DNA from: an uncultured Butyrivibrio sp.
GTDB lineage: Bacteria > Bacillota > Clostridia > Lachnospirales > Lachnospiraceae
DNA: 64,000 bases
Direction of reading: 5' to 3'
NCBI GenBank assembly: GCA_910577605.1
Contig: CAJTON010000007.1
Span: 2,244-66,243, forward strand
Made by a program: the position numbers and the translations under genes
The notes under the pieces: generated by a model
What the model was told of the DNA's origin: nothing
Seen by the model: only the letters and a program-made list of their open reading frames with translations
The model's database searches: none
Part shown: piece after piece, positions 42,122 to 52,110 of the stretch
Numbering within the stretch: the first letter of the stretch is position 1
Layout of the letters: each line of letters opens with the position of its first letter

Positions 42122-43936
42122 ATGCAGGCGATAATTTTAGCGGCAGGTAAAGGAAAAAGACTTAAAGAGCGCACAGCGTACAACACCAAGTGTATGGTGG
42201 AGCTGGGCGGCGTTACTTTGATAGAGCGCGCCCTCCGTCTTCTGGACTGCGGTGAAATAGATAAAATAACGATAGTGTGCGGCTACTGCAAAAGCAAGCT
42301 TAAAGCGTTTGTGGATTCTCTGTGCATAAATACTCCCATTGCGTTTGTCGATAACGACGATTACGAAAATACCAACAATATATATTCGCTCGGTCTGGCG
42401 GTGCAGAGCGTCGGCGCTGAGGACATGATCGTAATGGAGTCGGATATCGTGTTTGAAAAAAAGGTGCTTCAAAGGCTTCTGGACAGTAAATGGGATTGCA
42501 CCGCTATGGTCGCGAAGCCGGAGCCGTGGATGGACGGAGATATCGTCACGCTTGACGGCGAAGGGCTGATAGACGGCTTTATCGGTGCGCGCGAGTACAA
42601 TCCCGCGGATTATCCGTCGTACTATAAGACCGTCAGCATGTACAGGTTTTCACGGAAGTTTATGGGCGATGTTTTTTCCGGAAGACTTGCGGAATATATG
42701 GGGTCAAATAAGGAGCGCGCGGTCTACGAATCCGCGATAAGACTCGCGCAGGGACATGACATCCATACGATAAGGCTTAACGGCGAGCGTTGGTACGAGA
42801 TAAACGACATTCAGGATATAGATATCGCGGAAACTATTTTCGCAAGCGGAACGGAAAGGCTCAAGAAATATCAGAGGCGCTTCGGCGGCTACTGGCGTTA
42901 TCAGGGCATGAAGGATTTCTGCTATCTTGTGAATCCTTTTTTTCCCAACGAACGTCTTATAAACGAAATGTCGTCGAATTTTAACACGCTTATAAGGGAG
43001 TATCCGTCCGGCATGGCTGTCAATTCATTTCTCGCCGCCAATTATTTTGGGGTGCGCGATGAGCAGGTGTGCGTCGGGAACGGTACGGCGGAGCTTATTA
43101 AATCGCTTATGGAGCATCACGACGGCAAAATAGGCATGGCTTATCCCACGTTTGAGGAATATCCGCACCGCAAAAAAGAAAGCGACATAATCCCGTTTTA
43201 TGTGGCGGACAGGGATTTTGACTATACCGCGGACGACGTGATGGGCTTTTACGAGGATAATCCGGTTCAGGCGATAGTGCTTGTGAATCCTGACAATCCC
43301 ACAGGGCATTTTATCATGCGCGACGATATTCTGCGCATGGAGGAGTGGGCGCGCGGCAGGGACATAAGGATAATAGTTGACGAATCCTTCGTGGATTTCG
43401 CTAAGGTGGAGGAGAATCAGACGCTGCTTGACGCGGCGCTGCTTGACAAGCACCCTAACCTTATTGTGATAAAAAGCATTTCAAAGTCCTTCGGCGTTGC
43501 GGGCTTGAGGCTCGGAGTTCTTGCGTCTGCGGACAAAGAGCTTATACGTTTTATGAAAAAGGACGTTGCGATCTGGAATATAAATTCTTTTGCCGAATAT
43601 TATATGCAGATAATATCAAAATACAGAGCCGATTATGAGAGCGCCATGAACCGCTTTATGGAGGTGCGGGAGAGGTATCTTGACAAGCTCGCGAAAATCG
43701 CGGGACTTAAGGTCTATCCCTCGCAGGCGAATTATGTAATGTGCCGTATAGAGAATCGTTATACCTCGACGGAGCTTGCGGATATACTGCTTAACAGATA
43801 CAATATTCTTATTAAGGATCTTTCGACTAAGGACGGTCTTTTTGGCGGCAATTACATAAGGCTTTCGGTAAAGACGGACGAGGAAAACGACGCGATGGCG
43901 GAGGCTTTGGCGGAGCTTTTCGGGACGGCTGAATAG
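42122..43936 (+). CDS. Fusion of LicC-like nucleotidyltransferase and PLP class I/II (CobD/HisC-like) domain
   Basis: LAAGKGKRL, TNNIYSL, WYEIND; NPDNPTG, VDESF, KSISKSFGVAGLRLG. Confidence 0.88.
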   Translation: MQAIILAAGKGKRLKERTAYNTKCMVELGGVTLIERALRLLDCGEIDKITIVCGYCKSKLKAFVDSLCINTPIAFVDNDDYENTNNIYSLGLAVQSVGAEDMIVMESDIVFEKKVLQRLLDSKWDCTAMVAKPEPWMDGDIVTLDGEGLIDGFIGAREYNPADYPSYYKTVSMYRFSRKFMGDVFSGRLAEYMGSNKERAVYESAIRLAQGHDIHTIRLNGERWYEINDIQDIDIAETIFASGTERLKKYQRRFGGYWRYQGMKDFCYLVNPFFPNERLINEMSSNFNTLIREYPSGMAVNSFLAANYFGVRDEQVCVGNGTAELIKSLMEHHDGKIGMAYPTFEEYPHRKKESDIIPFYVADRDFDYTADDVMGFYEDNPVQAIVLVNPDNPTGHFIMRDDILRMEEWARGRDIRIIVDESFVDFAKVEENQTLLDAALLDKHPNLIVIKSISKSFGVAGLRLGVLASADKELIRFMKKDVAIWNINSFAEYYMQIISKYRADYESAMNRFMEVRERYLDKLAKIAGLKVYPSQANYVMCRIENRYTSTELADILLNRYNILIKDLSTKDGLFGGNYIRLSVKTDEENDAMAEALAELFGTAE

Positions 43937-43949
43937 ATTGGAGATATTC

Positions 43950-44939
43950 ATGAACATTGCGGATATGCATTGCGATACCATAAGCAAAATATACAAGGCG
44001 CGCGGCAGGGGTGAGAATCCGGGACTGCGCGTCAATGATTTATCTGTGGACCTTGAAGGTATGAAAAGCGCGGGTTATATTATGCAGTTTTTCGCCTGCT
44101 TCGTAGATATGGCTGAGTATGACGATCCCTACAAAACTCTTATTGAAATGATAGACGTTTTTGACGGGGAAATCGCTAAGAACGGCGATCTCATCGGCAG
44201 AGCGCTTTGTTATGACGATATAGAGCGCAATATGAGGAATGATATTATGTCGGCCCTGCTTACGGTCGAGGAGGGCGGAACATTCGGCGGCAGTATTGAA
44301 AGACTGAAGGAAGCGTACGGACGCGGAGTGAGGCTTGTAACTCTGACATGGAATTATGAGAACGAGCTTGGCTATCCCAACCATGTAGGCGGGGACGGAA
44401 ATATTTACGGCAGGGCGAATACTGATTCGGGGCTGAAGGCGCGGGGCATAGAGTTCGTTAAGGAGATGGAAAGGCTGCATATGATAGTCGATGTATCGCA
44501 TCTTGGGGACGCGGGCTTTTACGACGTTGCCGCGAATACCCGAAAACCCTTTGCCGCCAGTCATTCTAACGCTAGAGGACAGACCGCGCATGTCAGGAAC
44601 CTTACGGACGATATGATAAGGATACTGGCAGAGAGAGGCGGAATAACTGGTATAAATTTCTGCCCTGTTTTTCTTCGAGAGGGCTATGTAAGGGAAGAGG
44701 ACTGCGTAAGCTATATAAGCGATATGGTCAGACACGCGCTTTATATCAGAAAAATCGGCGGAACAGAGGTTATAGCCCTTGGGAGCGATCTTGACGGAAT
44801 AGGCGGCAGACTTGAAATCGGTAAATGCTCGCTTATGCCTGCGCTCGGTGAGGCTCTGCACGACGGGGGATTTAGCTATGACGAGGTGGATTCCATTATG
44901 TATAAAAACGTTCTTCGATTTTTACGAGAGGTTTTATGA
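43950..44939 (+). CDS. M19 membrane dipeptidase family protein
   Basis: DMHCDT, EEGG, LTWN, DVSH, SHSN, GSDLDG. Confidence 0.9.
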   Translation: MNIADMHCDTISKIYKARGRGENPGLRVNDLSVDLEGMKSAGYIMQFFACFVDMAEYDDPYKTLIEMIDVFDGEIAKNGDLIGRALCYDDIERNMRNDIMSALLTVEEGGTFGGSIERLKEAYGRGVRLVTLTWNYENELGYPNHVGGDGNIYGRANTDSGLKARGIEFVKEMERLHMIVDVSHLGDAGFYDVAANTRKPFAASHSNARGQTAHVRNLTDDMIRILAERGGITGINFCPVFLREGYVREEDCVSYISDMVRHALYIRKIGGTEVIALGSDLDGIGGRLEIGKCSLMPALGEALHDGGFSYDEVDSIMYKNVLRFLREVL

Positions 44940-44959
44940 TATAGATTGAGGAGTGAATT

Positions 44960-45244
44960 ATGAAAAGAAAGCCGATAACTGAAGACATGATTTTAAAAAA
45001 CGCCAAAAATACTCCTGATCTTGTTGAGATACAGAGGCAGGTGAGGATGAAGATGGCTACCCAGCTTGCCGAAAAAAGAAAGGCCAGAAGAATGACGCAG
45101 ACCGATGTGTCCGCCATAACGGGAATAAAGAGATCGAATATCAGCCGTTTGGAAACAGGCTGTTATAACCCTACGCTGGATTCGATAGTGAGAATAGCGG
45201 ACAGCATAGGACTGAAGGTCAATATTACTTTTTCCGAAAAATAA
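44960..45244 (+). CDS. XRE-family HTH protein
   Basis: MTQTDVS..TGIKRSNISRLETG..NPTL. Confidence 0.85.
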   Translation: MKRKPITEDMILKNAKNTPDLVEIQRQVRMKMATQLAEKRKARRMTQTDVSAITGIKRSNISRLETGCYNPTLDSIVRIADSIGLKVNITFSEK

Positions 45245-45327
45245 ACGCATATGAATAATTAATTTTTCTCCCGGACAAAATAATCTCGTCGCAGTACGGC
45301 GATAATTTATTTTTCCGGGAGATTATT

Positions 45328-46716
45328 ATGACGAGTGTGAGTGAAAGTTCTTCGGAAAATTCCCGTCTTTTTGCAAAGATAGTAGGGCCGGAGCGTAATT
45401 TTGATATTATAAACAAAAAAACAGAGATAGGCGGAAGGGCTGCGGAATTTTACATGATAGACGGATTCGTTAAGGACGACATCATGGAAAAGCTTCTGGA
45501 GTCTTTTATTGCGCTTAAACCTAAGGAGCTGCCGGACAGTCCGGAGGGCTTTATGGATATGGTTCCATATATAGAGGTCACTCCGAGGGAAACGCTTGAG
45601 GACGCGGCGAAGGATATGCTGATGGGAATGGTATGTATGTTTCTTGACGGATATCGGACCTGTTTTGTTATAGACTGCCGGACTTATCCTGCCAGAGGCG
45701 TTTCCGAGCCGTGGAAAAACAGAGTGCTTCGAGGTTCAAGGGACGGCTTTGTGGAGACGATAGCGGCTAACGTCGCGCTTATAAGAAGGAGGATAAGGAC
45801 TCCCGATTTCTGTGTTGAAATGATGGACGCGGGAACGATGTCGCATACAGACATCGCGTTTGCGTATATACAGGGCAAGGCGGACGTAAAGCTTCTGCAG
45901 AGCCTTAAGGACAGAGTGAAAAAAATCAAGGTCGAAGCCCTGACTATGAATATCGAGAGCCTTGCGGAGGTGCTGCTTCCCGGAGCATATATAAACCCCT
46001 TCCCGAAATTCAAATATTCCGAGCGCCCCGACAGCGCAGCGGCGGCAATTTTTGACGGAAATATAGTGATACTTGTGGACAATTCCCCGGCGGTGATAAT
46101 TGTGCCGACTTCGATATTCGATGTGGCGGAGGAGGCGGACGATTATTATTTTCCTCCGGTTACCGGAACGTATATAAAGCTTTCGAGGTATCTTATATCA
46201 ATAGCTTCTCTTATAATGACGCCGCTGTGGATAGTTTTTCTCAACAATCCGCAGATGGTTCCTGAATGGCTGAGTTTTATACTTATCGACGAATCGGCTT
46301 CGACCTCGACGGTACCTGTCATATGGCAGCTTTTTATACTGGAATTCTGTATCGACGGACTGCGGCTTGCCGCCGTCAACACGCCGACGCTTCTAAGCAC
46401 GCCGTTAAGCGTTATCGCCGGTATCGTTGTCGGCGAATACGCGGTAAGCTCGGGCTGGTTTGACGCGGAATGTCTGCTGTATATGGCTTTTGTAACGATC
46501 GGAACGTACACTCAGGCGAGCTATGAGGTGGGCTACGCCATTAAATTTTTCAGAATGGTAATGCTTGTGGCATGCTGGTTCTTCGGATGGTTTCTGCTCA
46601 CGATGGCGTTTAACAGGACTATTTCGGGAAAAAGCTATATATATCCTCTCATACCGTTCAACGGAAAGATGTTGGCGCGGAAAATATTCCGTCTGCGTCT
46701 CGGAAAGGAAAAATAA
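45328..46716 (+). CDS. Spore germination protein (GerA/SpoVAF family)
   Basis: RGSRDGFVET, LIRRRIR, YSERPD, VDNSP, LRLAAVNTP. Confidence 0.88.
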   Translation: MTSVSESSSENSRLFAKIVGPERNFDIINKKTEIGGRAAEFYMIDGFVKDDIMEKLLESFIALKPKELPDSPEGFMDMVPYIEVTPRETLEDAAKDMLMGMVCMFLDGYRTCFVIDCRTYPARGVSEPWKNRVLRGSRDGFVETIAANVALIRRRIRTPDFCVEMMDAGTMSHTDIAFAYIQGKADVKLLQSLKDRVKKIKVEALTMNIESLAEVLLPGAYINPFPKFKYSERPDSAAAAIFDGNIVILVDNSPAVIIVPTSIFDVAEEADDYYFPPVTGTYIKLSRYLISIASLIMTPLWIVFLNNPQMVPEWLSFILIDESASTSTVPVIWQLFILEFCIDGLRLAAVNTPTLLSTPLSVIAGIVVGEYAVSSGWFDAECLLYMAFVTIGTYTQASYEVGYAIKFFRMVMLVACWFFGWFLLTMAFNRTISGKSYIYPLIPFNGKMLARKIFRLRLGKEK

Positions 46717-46826
46717 GAATAAAAATAACCGCCGGACGGCGATCGCGGTCCGCTGCTTCGGAAAATTATCCGTAACAGCGCCGAAGATGTCGCCCGGCGG
46801 TTTGTGTTTCCGTAACGTTGCCGCGT

Positions 46827-48596
46827 TTAAGCGGTCAATTCGTCCATTTCTTTTATAAGGCTGCCGAAAAGTTCAAGCGCAAGCCTTACGGGTTCGGGAC
46901 TCGCCATGTCAACTCCCGCGTCGCGCAGAAGTGCGACGGGGTCCTTGGTGCATCCGGCGGATAGGAAATCAAGATAACGTTTTACCGCGGGTTCACCCTC
47001 GTTAAGAATGCGCGTAGAGAGGGCGATAGCCGCGCTGAATCCGGTTGCGTACTGATACACATAGAAGTTGTAGTAGAAGTGCGGTATGCGTATCCATTCA
47101 TACGCGATCTCATCATCAAGAACCATATCCGGTCCGAAGTACTGTTCATTTAACTTACGGTAAACCGAACCGAGAACGTCGGCGGTCAAAGGTTCTCCTT
47201 CGGCGTACAGCTCGTTTATCTTCATTTCGTATTCCGCGAACATCGCCTGTCTGTAAAGCGTTCCCTTGAACTGTTCAAGGAAATAGTTAATGAGTGCGGC
47301 CCGCTCCTTTTTGTCAGTGGTCTTTTTGAGAAGATACTGCATAAGCAGCGATTCGTTGCAGGTGGAGGCGACCTCCGCCACGAAAAGTTTGTAGTCGGCG
47401 TATATCGGCTCCTGCTTATTGTTGGACATATACGAATGCATCGCGTGTCCCATCTCATGGGCAAGCGTAAATTCGCTGTCAAGATTGTCCTTGTGGTTGA
47501 GCAGCACGAAGGGATGCGTGAAATCGCCGCAGGAGTATGCGCCGCTGCGCTTACCTTTATTTTCGTATATATCTATCCATCTGCTGTCAAACGCGGATCT
47601 GAGAACGGAGATATATTCCTCGCCGAATACACTCATGGCGGCGAGCACGTTTTCTTTTGCCTCGTCCACAAGCGGAGCGTAAACGTCGTACATATGCAGC
47701 TCGTCAACGCCGAGAAGTTTTTTGCGCAGAGCGATATAGTCGTGCATATAATGCATATTTTCGTGGACTGTGTCGATAAGGTTGTAGTATACGGCTGTAT
47801 CGACATCCGCCGAGTCAAGAGAAGCCTCAAGCGAAGAGCCGTAATTTCTGAGCTTCGAGTTGAAGGCAAGTGCCTTGACCTGCGAGGACAGAAGAGCGGC
47901 GTATGTGTTTTTGAACTGCGAGTAGGTTTTGTACAGCGTTGTGAAGGCAAGTTTTCTCAACTCGCGCTGCGGCTTTTCAATAAGCGTGATATATGAGCTT
48001 TGCGTAAGCTCGTAATCCTTGCCCTCGAAAGTCACCTTGTCGAATTTCAGGTCGGCGTTTGAAAGAAGCGAATAAACATTGTCGGGGGTATCCATCATTT
48101 CCCCCGCCATAGCCATCATCATTTCGCCTTTTTCGTCAAGAATATGCTTCCTGAGACGTCTGACGTCGTCAATTGCGCCTTTGAAAAACAGAAGATCAGG
48201 CTCGTCCGTATAGAACTGCTCAAGTTCTTCGTCGGTGAACTCCATGAGTTTCGGCATTACAAACGAGGTCGCGCTGTTGTAGCTTATATACGCTGACTTG
48301 ACGCGGTCGCTGAAATCCTGATACACAGGGTTTGAGGTGTCGCTGTCATTGTTCAGCATGGCGTAATTGTAAAGCTTTGTTATAAACGGAAGAAGTTCGT
48401 TTGTAAATCTGTAGTATTCTAAAAGCGAAGCTGCGTCGTTCAGCCCGTTCTGTCTGAAACGCTCGACTTCTTCAATATACTTGCGGAATTTGTCAAGTTC
48501 CTGCAAAAAGATCTCGTCCGAAGCGTACAGGTCCTCAACAGCCCATTTGTACTCAGTGGGGACTTCGCTCCGCGTTAAAATTTTATCAATATCCAT
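46827..48596 (-). CDS. pepF: Oligoendopeptidase F
   Basis: GKRSGAYS, HEMGHAMH, AEVAST, IPHFYYNFYVYQYATG. Confidence 0.94.
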   Translation of the reverse strand: MDIDKILTRSEVPTEYKWAVEDLYASDEIFLQELDKFRKYIEEVERFRQNGLNDAASLLEYYRFTNELLPFITKLYNYAMLNNDSDTSNPVYQDFSDRVKSAYISYNSATSFVMPKLMEFTDEELEQFYTDEPDLLFFKGAIDDVRRLRKHILDEKGEMMMAMAGEMMDTPDNVYSLLSNADLKFDKVTFEGKDYELTQSSYITLIEKPQRELRKLAFTTLYKTYSQFKNTYAALLSSQVKALAFNSKLRNYGSSLEASLDSADVDTAVYYNLIDTVHENMHYMHDYIALRKKLLGVDELHMYDVYAPLVDEAKENVLAAMSVFGEEYISVLRSAFDSRWIDIYENKGKRSGAYSCGDFTHPFVLLNHKDNLDSEFTLAHEMGHAMHSYMSNNKQEPIYADYKLFVAEVASTCNESLLMQYLLKKTTDKKERAALINYFLEQFKGTLYRQAMFAEYEMKINELYAEGEPLTADVLGSVYRKLNEQYFGPDMVLDDEIAYEWIRIPHFYYNFYVYQYATGFSAAIALSTRILNEGEPAVKRYLDFLSAGCTKDPVALLRDAGVDMASPEPVRLALELFGSLIKEMDELTA

Positions 48597-48697
48597 TCTG
48601 TTTTACCTCCGATATAACCATTATATAACAGTGAGAATATTTTATCAATTATGACCTAAAACTAATTTTATAAATTATTATCCGGAGGTATCCTGAA

Positions 48698-48970
48698 ATG
48701 GTTAGTCAGAAAGTTAAGATAACGAATCCGACCGGACTGCATTTAAGACCGGCGGGACTTTTTACAAAAACTATGTCGCAGTTTGATTCGGAGATTTTCG
48801 TGTGCAAGGACGGCAATGAGATCAACGCGAAAAGCGTGCTCCATGTGCTCGCAAGCGGCATAAACTGCGGCGACGTCGTGGAGATACGGTGCGACGGAGC
48901 GGACGAGAAGGAGGCGCTTGAGAGGGCGGTTCACTTCATAGAATCGGAAATGAACGAGGAAACGGTTTAA
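48698..48970 (+). CDS. HPr family phosphocarrier protein
   Basis: GLHLRPA (His15), NAKS (Ser46), GADEKEA. Confidence 0.9.
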   Translation: MVSQKVKITNPTGLHLRPAGLFTKTMSQFDSEIFVCKDGNEINAKSVLHVLASGINCGDVVEIRCDGADEKEALERAVHFIESEMNEETV

Positions 48971-49145
48971 AGCCGTAAAAAAGGAGGGCCCGACGGAATT
49001 AACCGCCGGGCTTTATGAAAAAGAAAAAGAATTTCGAAAATGTCTTTAATGTTTTTGTTAAATTTAGTATAATGTTGATTTATAGATAATCTATGTTAAA
49101 ATAATTAATATTTTGTGAACTTTTAAAGATAAGCCGGAGCAAATT

Positions 49146-49763
49146 ATGAACAAGATCAATTATCAGAAGGAACTGGATAAAGTATTGGAAAATCTGGGGA
49201 CGGACCGGGCGCCAAGGCTTTTGCTGCACAGCTGCTGCGCGCCCTGCAGCAGCTATGTGCTTAAATATCTGTCGGATTATTTTCGCATAACTCTTTTGTA
49301 TTTTAATCCGAATATCAGCCCAAAGGAGGAATATGTAAAGCGGGTCGGAGAGCAGAAAAGGCTTATAAGCGAGCTTTCCGTGTGCAATCCCGTGAGCTTT
49401 ATCGAGGGGCGTTACGAGCCGTCTGAATTTTACGAGGCGGTAAGAGGCTATGAGAACGAGCCGGAGGGCGGCGAAAGATGTTTTATCTGCTATGAGCTGC
49501 GGCTTTGCGAGGCTGCTAAATATGCGGTTGAGGGCGGTTTCGATTATTTTGCGACGACGCTTTCCATAAGCCCGCTTAAGAACGCCGCCAAAATAAACGA
49601 GATCGGCGAGCGCGTCGGGGCAAGGTTCGGAGTTAAGCACCTTCCGTCCGATTTTAAAAAGAAGGAGGGCTATAAACAATCTGTCGAGCTGTCCGCGCAG
49701 TATTGTCTGTACAGACAGAATTTCTGCGGCTGCGTATATTCAAAAGGAGGAGATAAAAAATGA
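49146..49763 (+). CDS. queH: Epoxyqueuosine reductase QueH
   Basis: LLHSCCAPCS, FNPNI, RCFICY, YRQNFCGC. Confidence 0.93.
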   Translation: MNKINYQKELDKVLENLGTDRAPRLLLHSCCAPCSSYVLKYLSDYFRITLLYFNPNISPKEEYVKRVGEQKRLISELSVCNPVSFIEGRYEPSEFYEAVRGYENEPEGGERCFICYELRLCEAAKYAVEGGFDYFATTLSISPLKNAAKINEIGERVGARFGVKHLPSDFKKKEGYKQSVELSAQYCLYRQNFCGCVYSKGGDKK

Positions 49764-50179
49764 TTTTTGAATACAGGAAGAAGGTAAAATATTACGAAAC
49801 GGACATGATGGGGGTCGTGCACCATTCCAATTACATAAGATGGTTTGAAGAGGCGAGAGTGGAGTTTATGAGAGAGGCGGATATTTCATACAGACGTATG
49901 GAGGAGGAGGGAATACAGGTTCCGGTGGTTTCCGTTAGCTGCAAATATAAAATACCCGCCACCTTTGACGACGAGATAACCGTAAGGACTTCTCTCAAAA
50001 AATACAACGGGATCGTGGCAGAGCTTGCCTATGAGGTGAGACGCGATGCGGACGGCGCGCTTTTAGTCTCGGGGGAAAGCTCGCACTGCTTTGTCGATAA
50101 AGAAAGCTTCAAACCGGTCAGCTTAAAAAATGCAAGACCGGATATGCATGAAAAATTTATGGCGGTAACGGAGGAGTAG
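49760..50179 (+). CDS. Acyl-CoA thioesterase (YbgC-like hot-dog fold)
   Basis: ETDMMGVVHHSNYIRWFEEAR. Confidence 0.9.
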   Translation: MIFEYRKKVKYYETDMMGVVHHSNYIRWFEEARVEFMREADISYRRMEEEGIQVPVVSVSCKYKIPATFDDEITVRTSLKKYNGIVAELAYEVRRDADGALLVSGESSHCFVDKESFKPVSLKNARPDMHEKFMAVTEE

Positions 50180-50183
50180 GATT

Positions 50184-51497
50184 ATGTGGGCATTTGAGAG
50201 TGTTTTTTATCAGATATATCCGCTCGGATTTGCGGGAGCGCCGTTTGAGAACGACGGAGTGCAGCGTCACGGAGTACTTAAGGTTATCGACTGGATACCC
50301 CATATAAAAAAGCTTGGCTGCAACGCGGTTTATTTTTCGCCCGTGTTTGAATCCGATACGCACGGATACAACACAAGGGATTATAAGCTTATAGACGTGA
50401 GGCTGGGAACAAACGAGGATTTTAAGAGGGTGTGCGGCGAGCTTCACGCCGCCGGAATAAAGGTCGTGCTTGACGGGGTATTCAATCATGTCGGAAGAGG
50501 GCATTTCGCTTTTCAGGATGTATTGAAGAACAGGGAAAATTCCCGTTATCTCGGTTGGTTTAACATAAATCTGGGCGGCAATGACGCGTGGAACGACGGT
50601 CTTTGGTACGAGGGCTGGGAGGGCAATTACGATCTTGTCAAGCTTAATCTGCGCAATAACGAGGTGGTGGATTACCTTTTTGACTGTGTGCGCTTCTGGA
50701 TAGAGTATTTTGGCATAGACGGAATACGTCTTGACGTGGCGTACTGTCTTGACGAGGAATATATGAGAAGGCTCCGCGGTTTCACGGACGGACTCAAGGC
50801 GGATTTTTTCCTGCTCGGAGAAACGGTACACGGAGATTACAACCGCCTTGTCAACGATTCCATGCTTCATTCCGCCACCAATTACGAGTGCTACAAAGGA
50901 ATCTATTCCGCGCTTAACAGCATGAACCTTTTTGAGATAGTGCATTCGCTTATGCGTCAGTTCGGACCGGAGCAGTGGACGCTTTATAAGGGTAAGCATA
51001 TGCTTTCTTTTGTAGATAATCACGATGTGTCGAGAATCGCAAGCGTGCTTACGGATCCGCGCCATCTGCCGCTTGCCTATGCGATAGCCTTCGGAATGCC
51101 CGGAATACCGTGCGTTTATTACGGAAGCGAGTGGGGCTTTAAGGCGGACAAGAGTCAGGGCGACCCGGCGCTGCGTCCTTGCTTTGAAAATTATGAGGAA
51201 AATGAACTTACGGACTTTATCTCGCGTCTCGCAGAGGCAAAAAAGAACAGCGCGGCGCTCAACTACGGGGATTTTTATTCAATCGTGCTGACGAACCGTC
51301 AGTGCGTGTTCAAACGCTCGTCGGGAAGTGAAACCGTGTTTGTAGCGGTAAACGCCGACGAGGGAGAATATACGGCTTGTTTTGACGCGGGCAGCGGCCG
51401 GGTGCGCGATCTGCTGACAGGTGAGGAATACGATATGGGCGGAGGATTCAGGATGAAAGGCTGCTCGGCGTATTTTCTTGAGCCTGTTCTGAATTAG
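50184..51497 (+). CDS. GH13 alpha-amylase/cyclomaltodextrinase-like glycosidase
   Basis: DGVFNH, GIRLDVA, GETVH, FVDNHD. Confidence 0.92.
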   Translation: MWAFESVFYQIYPLGFAGAPFENDGVQRHGVLKVIDWIPHIKKLGCNAVYFSPVFESDTHGYNTRDYKLIDVRLGTNEDFKRVCGELHAAGIKVVLDGVFNHVGRGHFAFQDVLKNRENSRYLGWFNINLGGNDAWNDGLWYEGWEGNYDLVKLNLRNNEVVDYLFDCVRFWIEYFGIDGIRLDVAYCLDEEYMRRLRGFTDGLKADFFLLGETVHGDYNRLVNDSMLHSATNYECYKGIYSALNSMNLFEIVHSLMRQFGPEQWTLYKGKHMLSFVDNHDVSRIASVLTDPRHLPLAYAIAFGMPGIPCVYYGSEWGFKADKSQGDPALRPCFENYEENELTDFISRLAEAKKNSAALNYGDFYSIVLTNRQCVFKRSSGSETVFVAVNADEGEYTACFDAGSGRVRDLLTGEEYDMGGGFRMKGCSAYFLEPVLN

Positions 51498-51515
51498 TGT
51501 ACGGAAGGTGTTTAT

Positions 51516-51995
51516 ATGGCCAAAAATAAGGACAATAAGACGAATGCGATGCGCATTCTCGACGCTCATGGGATTAACTATGAAGCGAAATTCTATGAAT
51601 GCGCGAATTTTATTGACGGAGTCCATACGGCGGATACGCTGGGGCTTCCCCATGAACTTGTTTATAAAACTATTGTCACTGTCGGTCACAGCCGCAGTTA
51701 TTATGTTTTTGTGATACCGATAGAGGCGAGCATAGATTTTAAGAAAGCAGCGCGTTCGGTAGGGGAAAAGTCGGTGGAGCTTCTTCCGCTAAAAGATGTG
51801 ACTTCCGTTACTGGGTATGTGCGCGGCGGCTGCACCTCGATAGGAATGAAAAAGAAATACGTCACGAGGATCGACGCAAGCGCCCGGAATCTTGAGTATA
51901 TGGTGGTAAGCGGCGGAAAGCCGGGAGTTCAGCTTAAACTTAGCCCGGAGGATCTTGCGCGGGCGGCTGAGGCGGAATTCGCGGATGTGGTGTGA
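51516..51995 (+). CDS. ybaK: Cys-tRNA(Pro) deacylase
   Basis: KTNAMRILD, YKTIV, TGYVRGGCTSIG, VSGG. Confidence 0.9.
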   Translation: MAKNKDNKTNAMRILDAHGINYEAKFYECANFIDGVHTADTLGLPHELVYKTIVTVGHSRSYYVFVIPIEASIDFKKAARSVGEKSVELLPLKDVTSVTGYVRGGCTSIGMKKKYVTRIDASARNLEYMVVSGGKPGVQLKLSPEDLARAAEAEFADVV

Positions 51996-52049
51996 GCGGG
52001 GATTCGCAGCTTGATTTGACATGAAAAATATTTTGCGTCCCTGAGGATA

Positions 52050-52078
52050 TTGTATATTGCGGGAAAATGAGCTATAAT
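52050..52078 (+). promoter_or_regulatory. Sigma-A-like promoter
   Basis: TTGTAT-17bp-TATAAT. Confidence 0.6.
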
Positions 52079-52110
52079 TATTTTAATAAGCGGGAAGGGA
52101 GACTAAAGGT

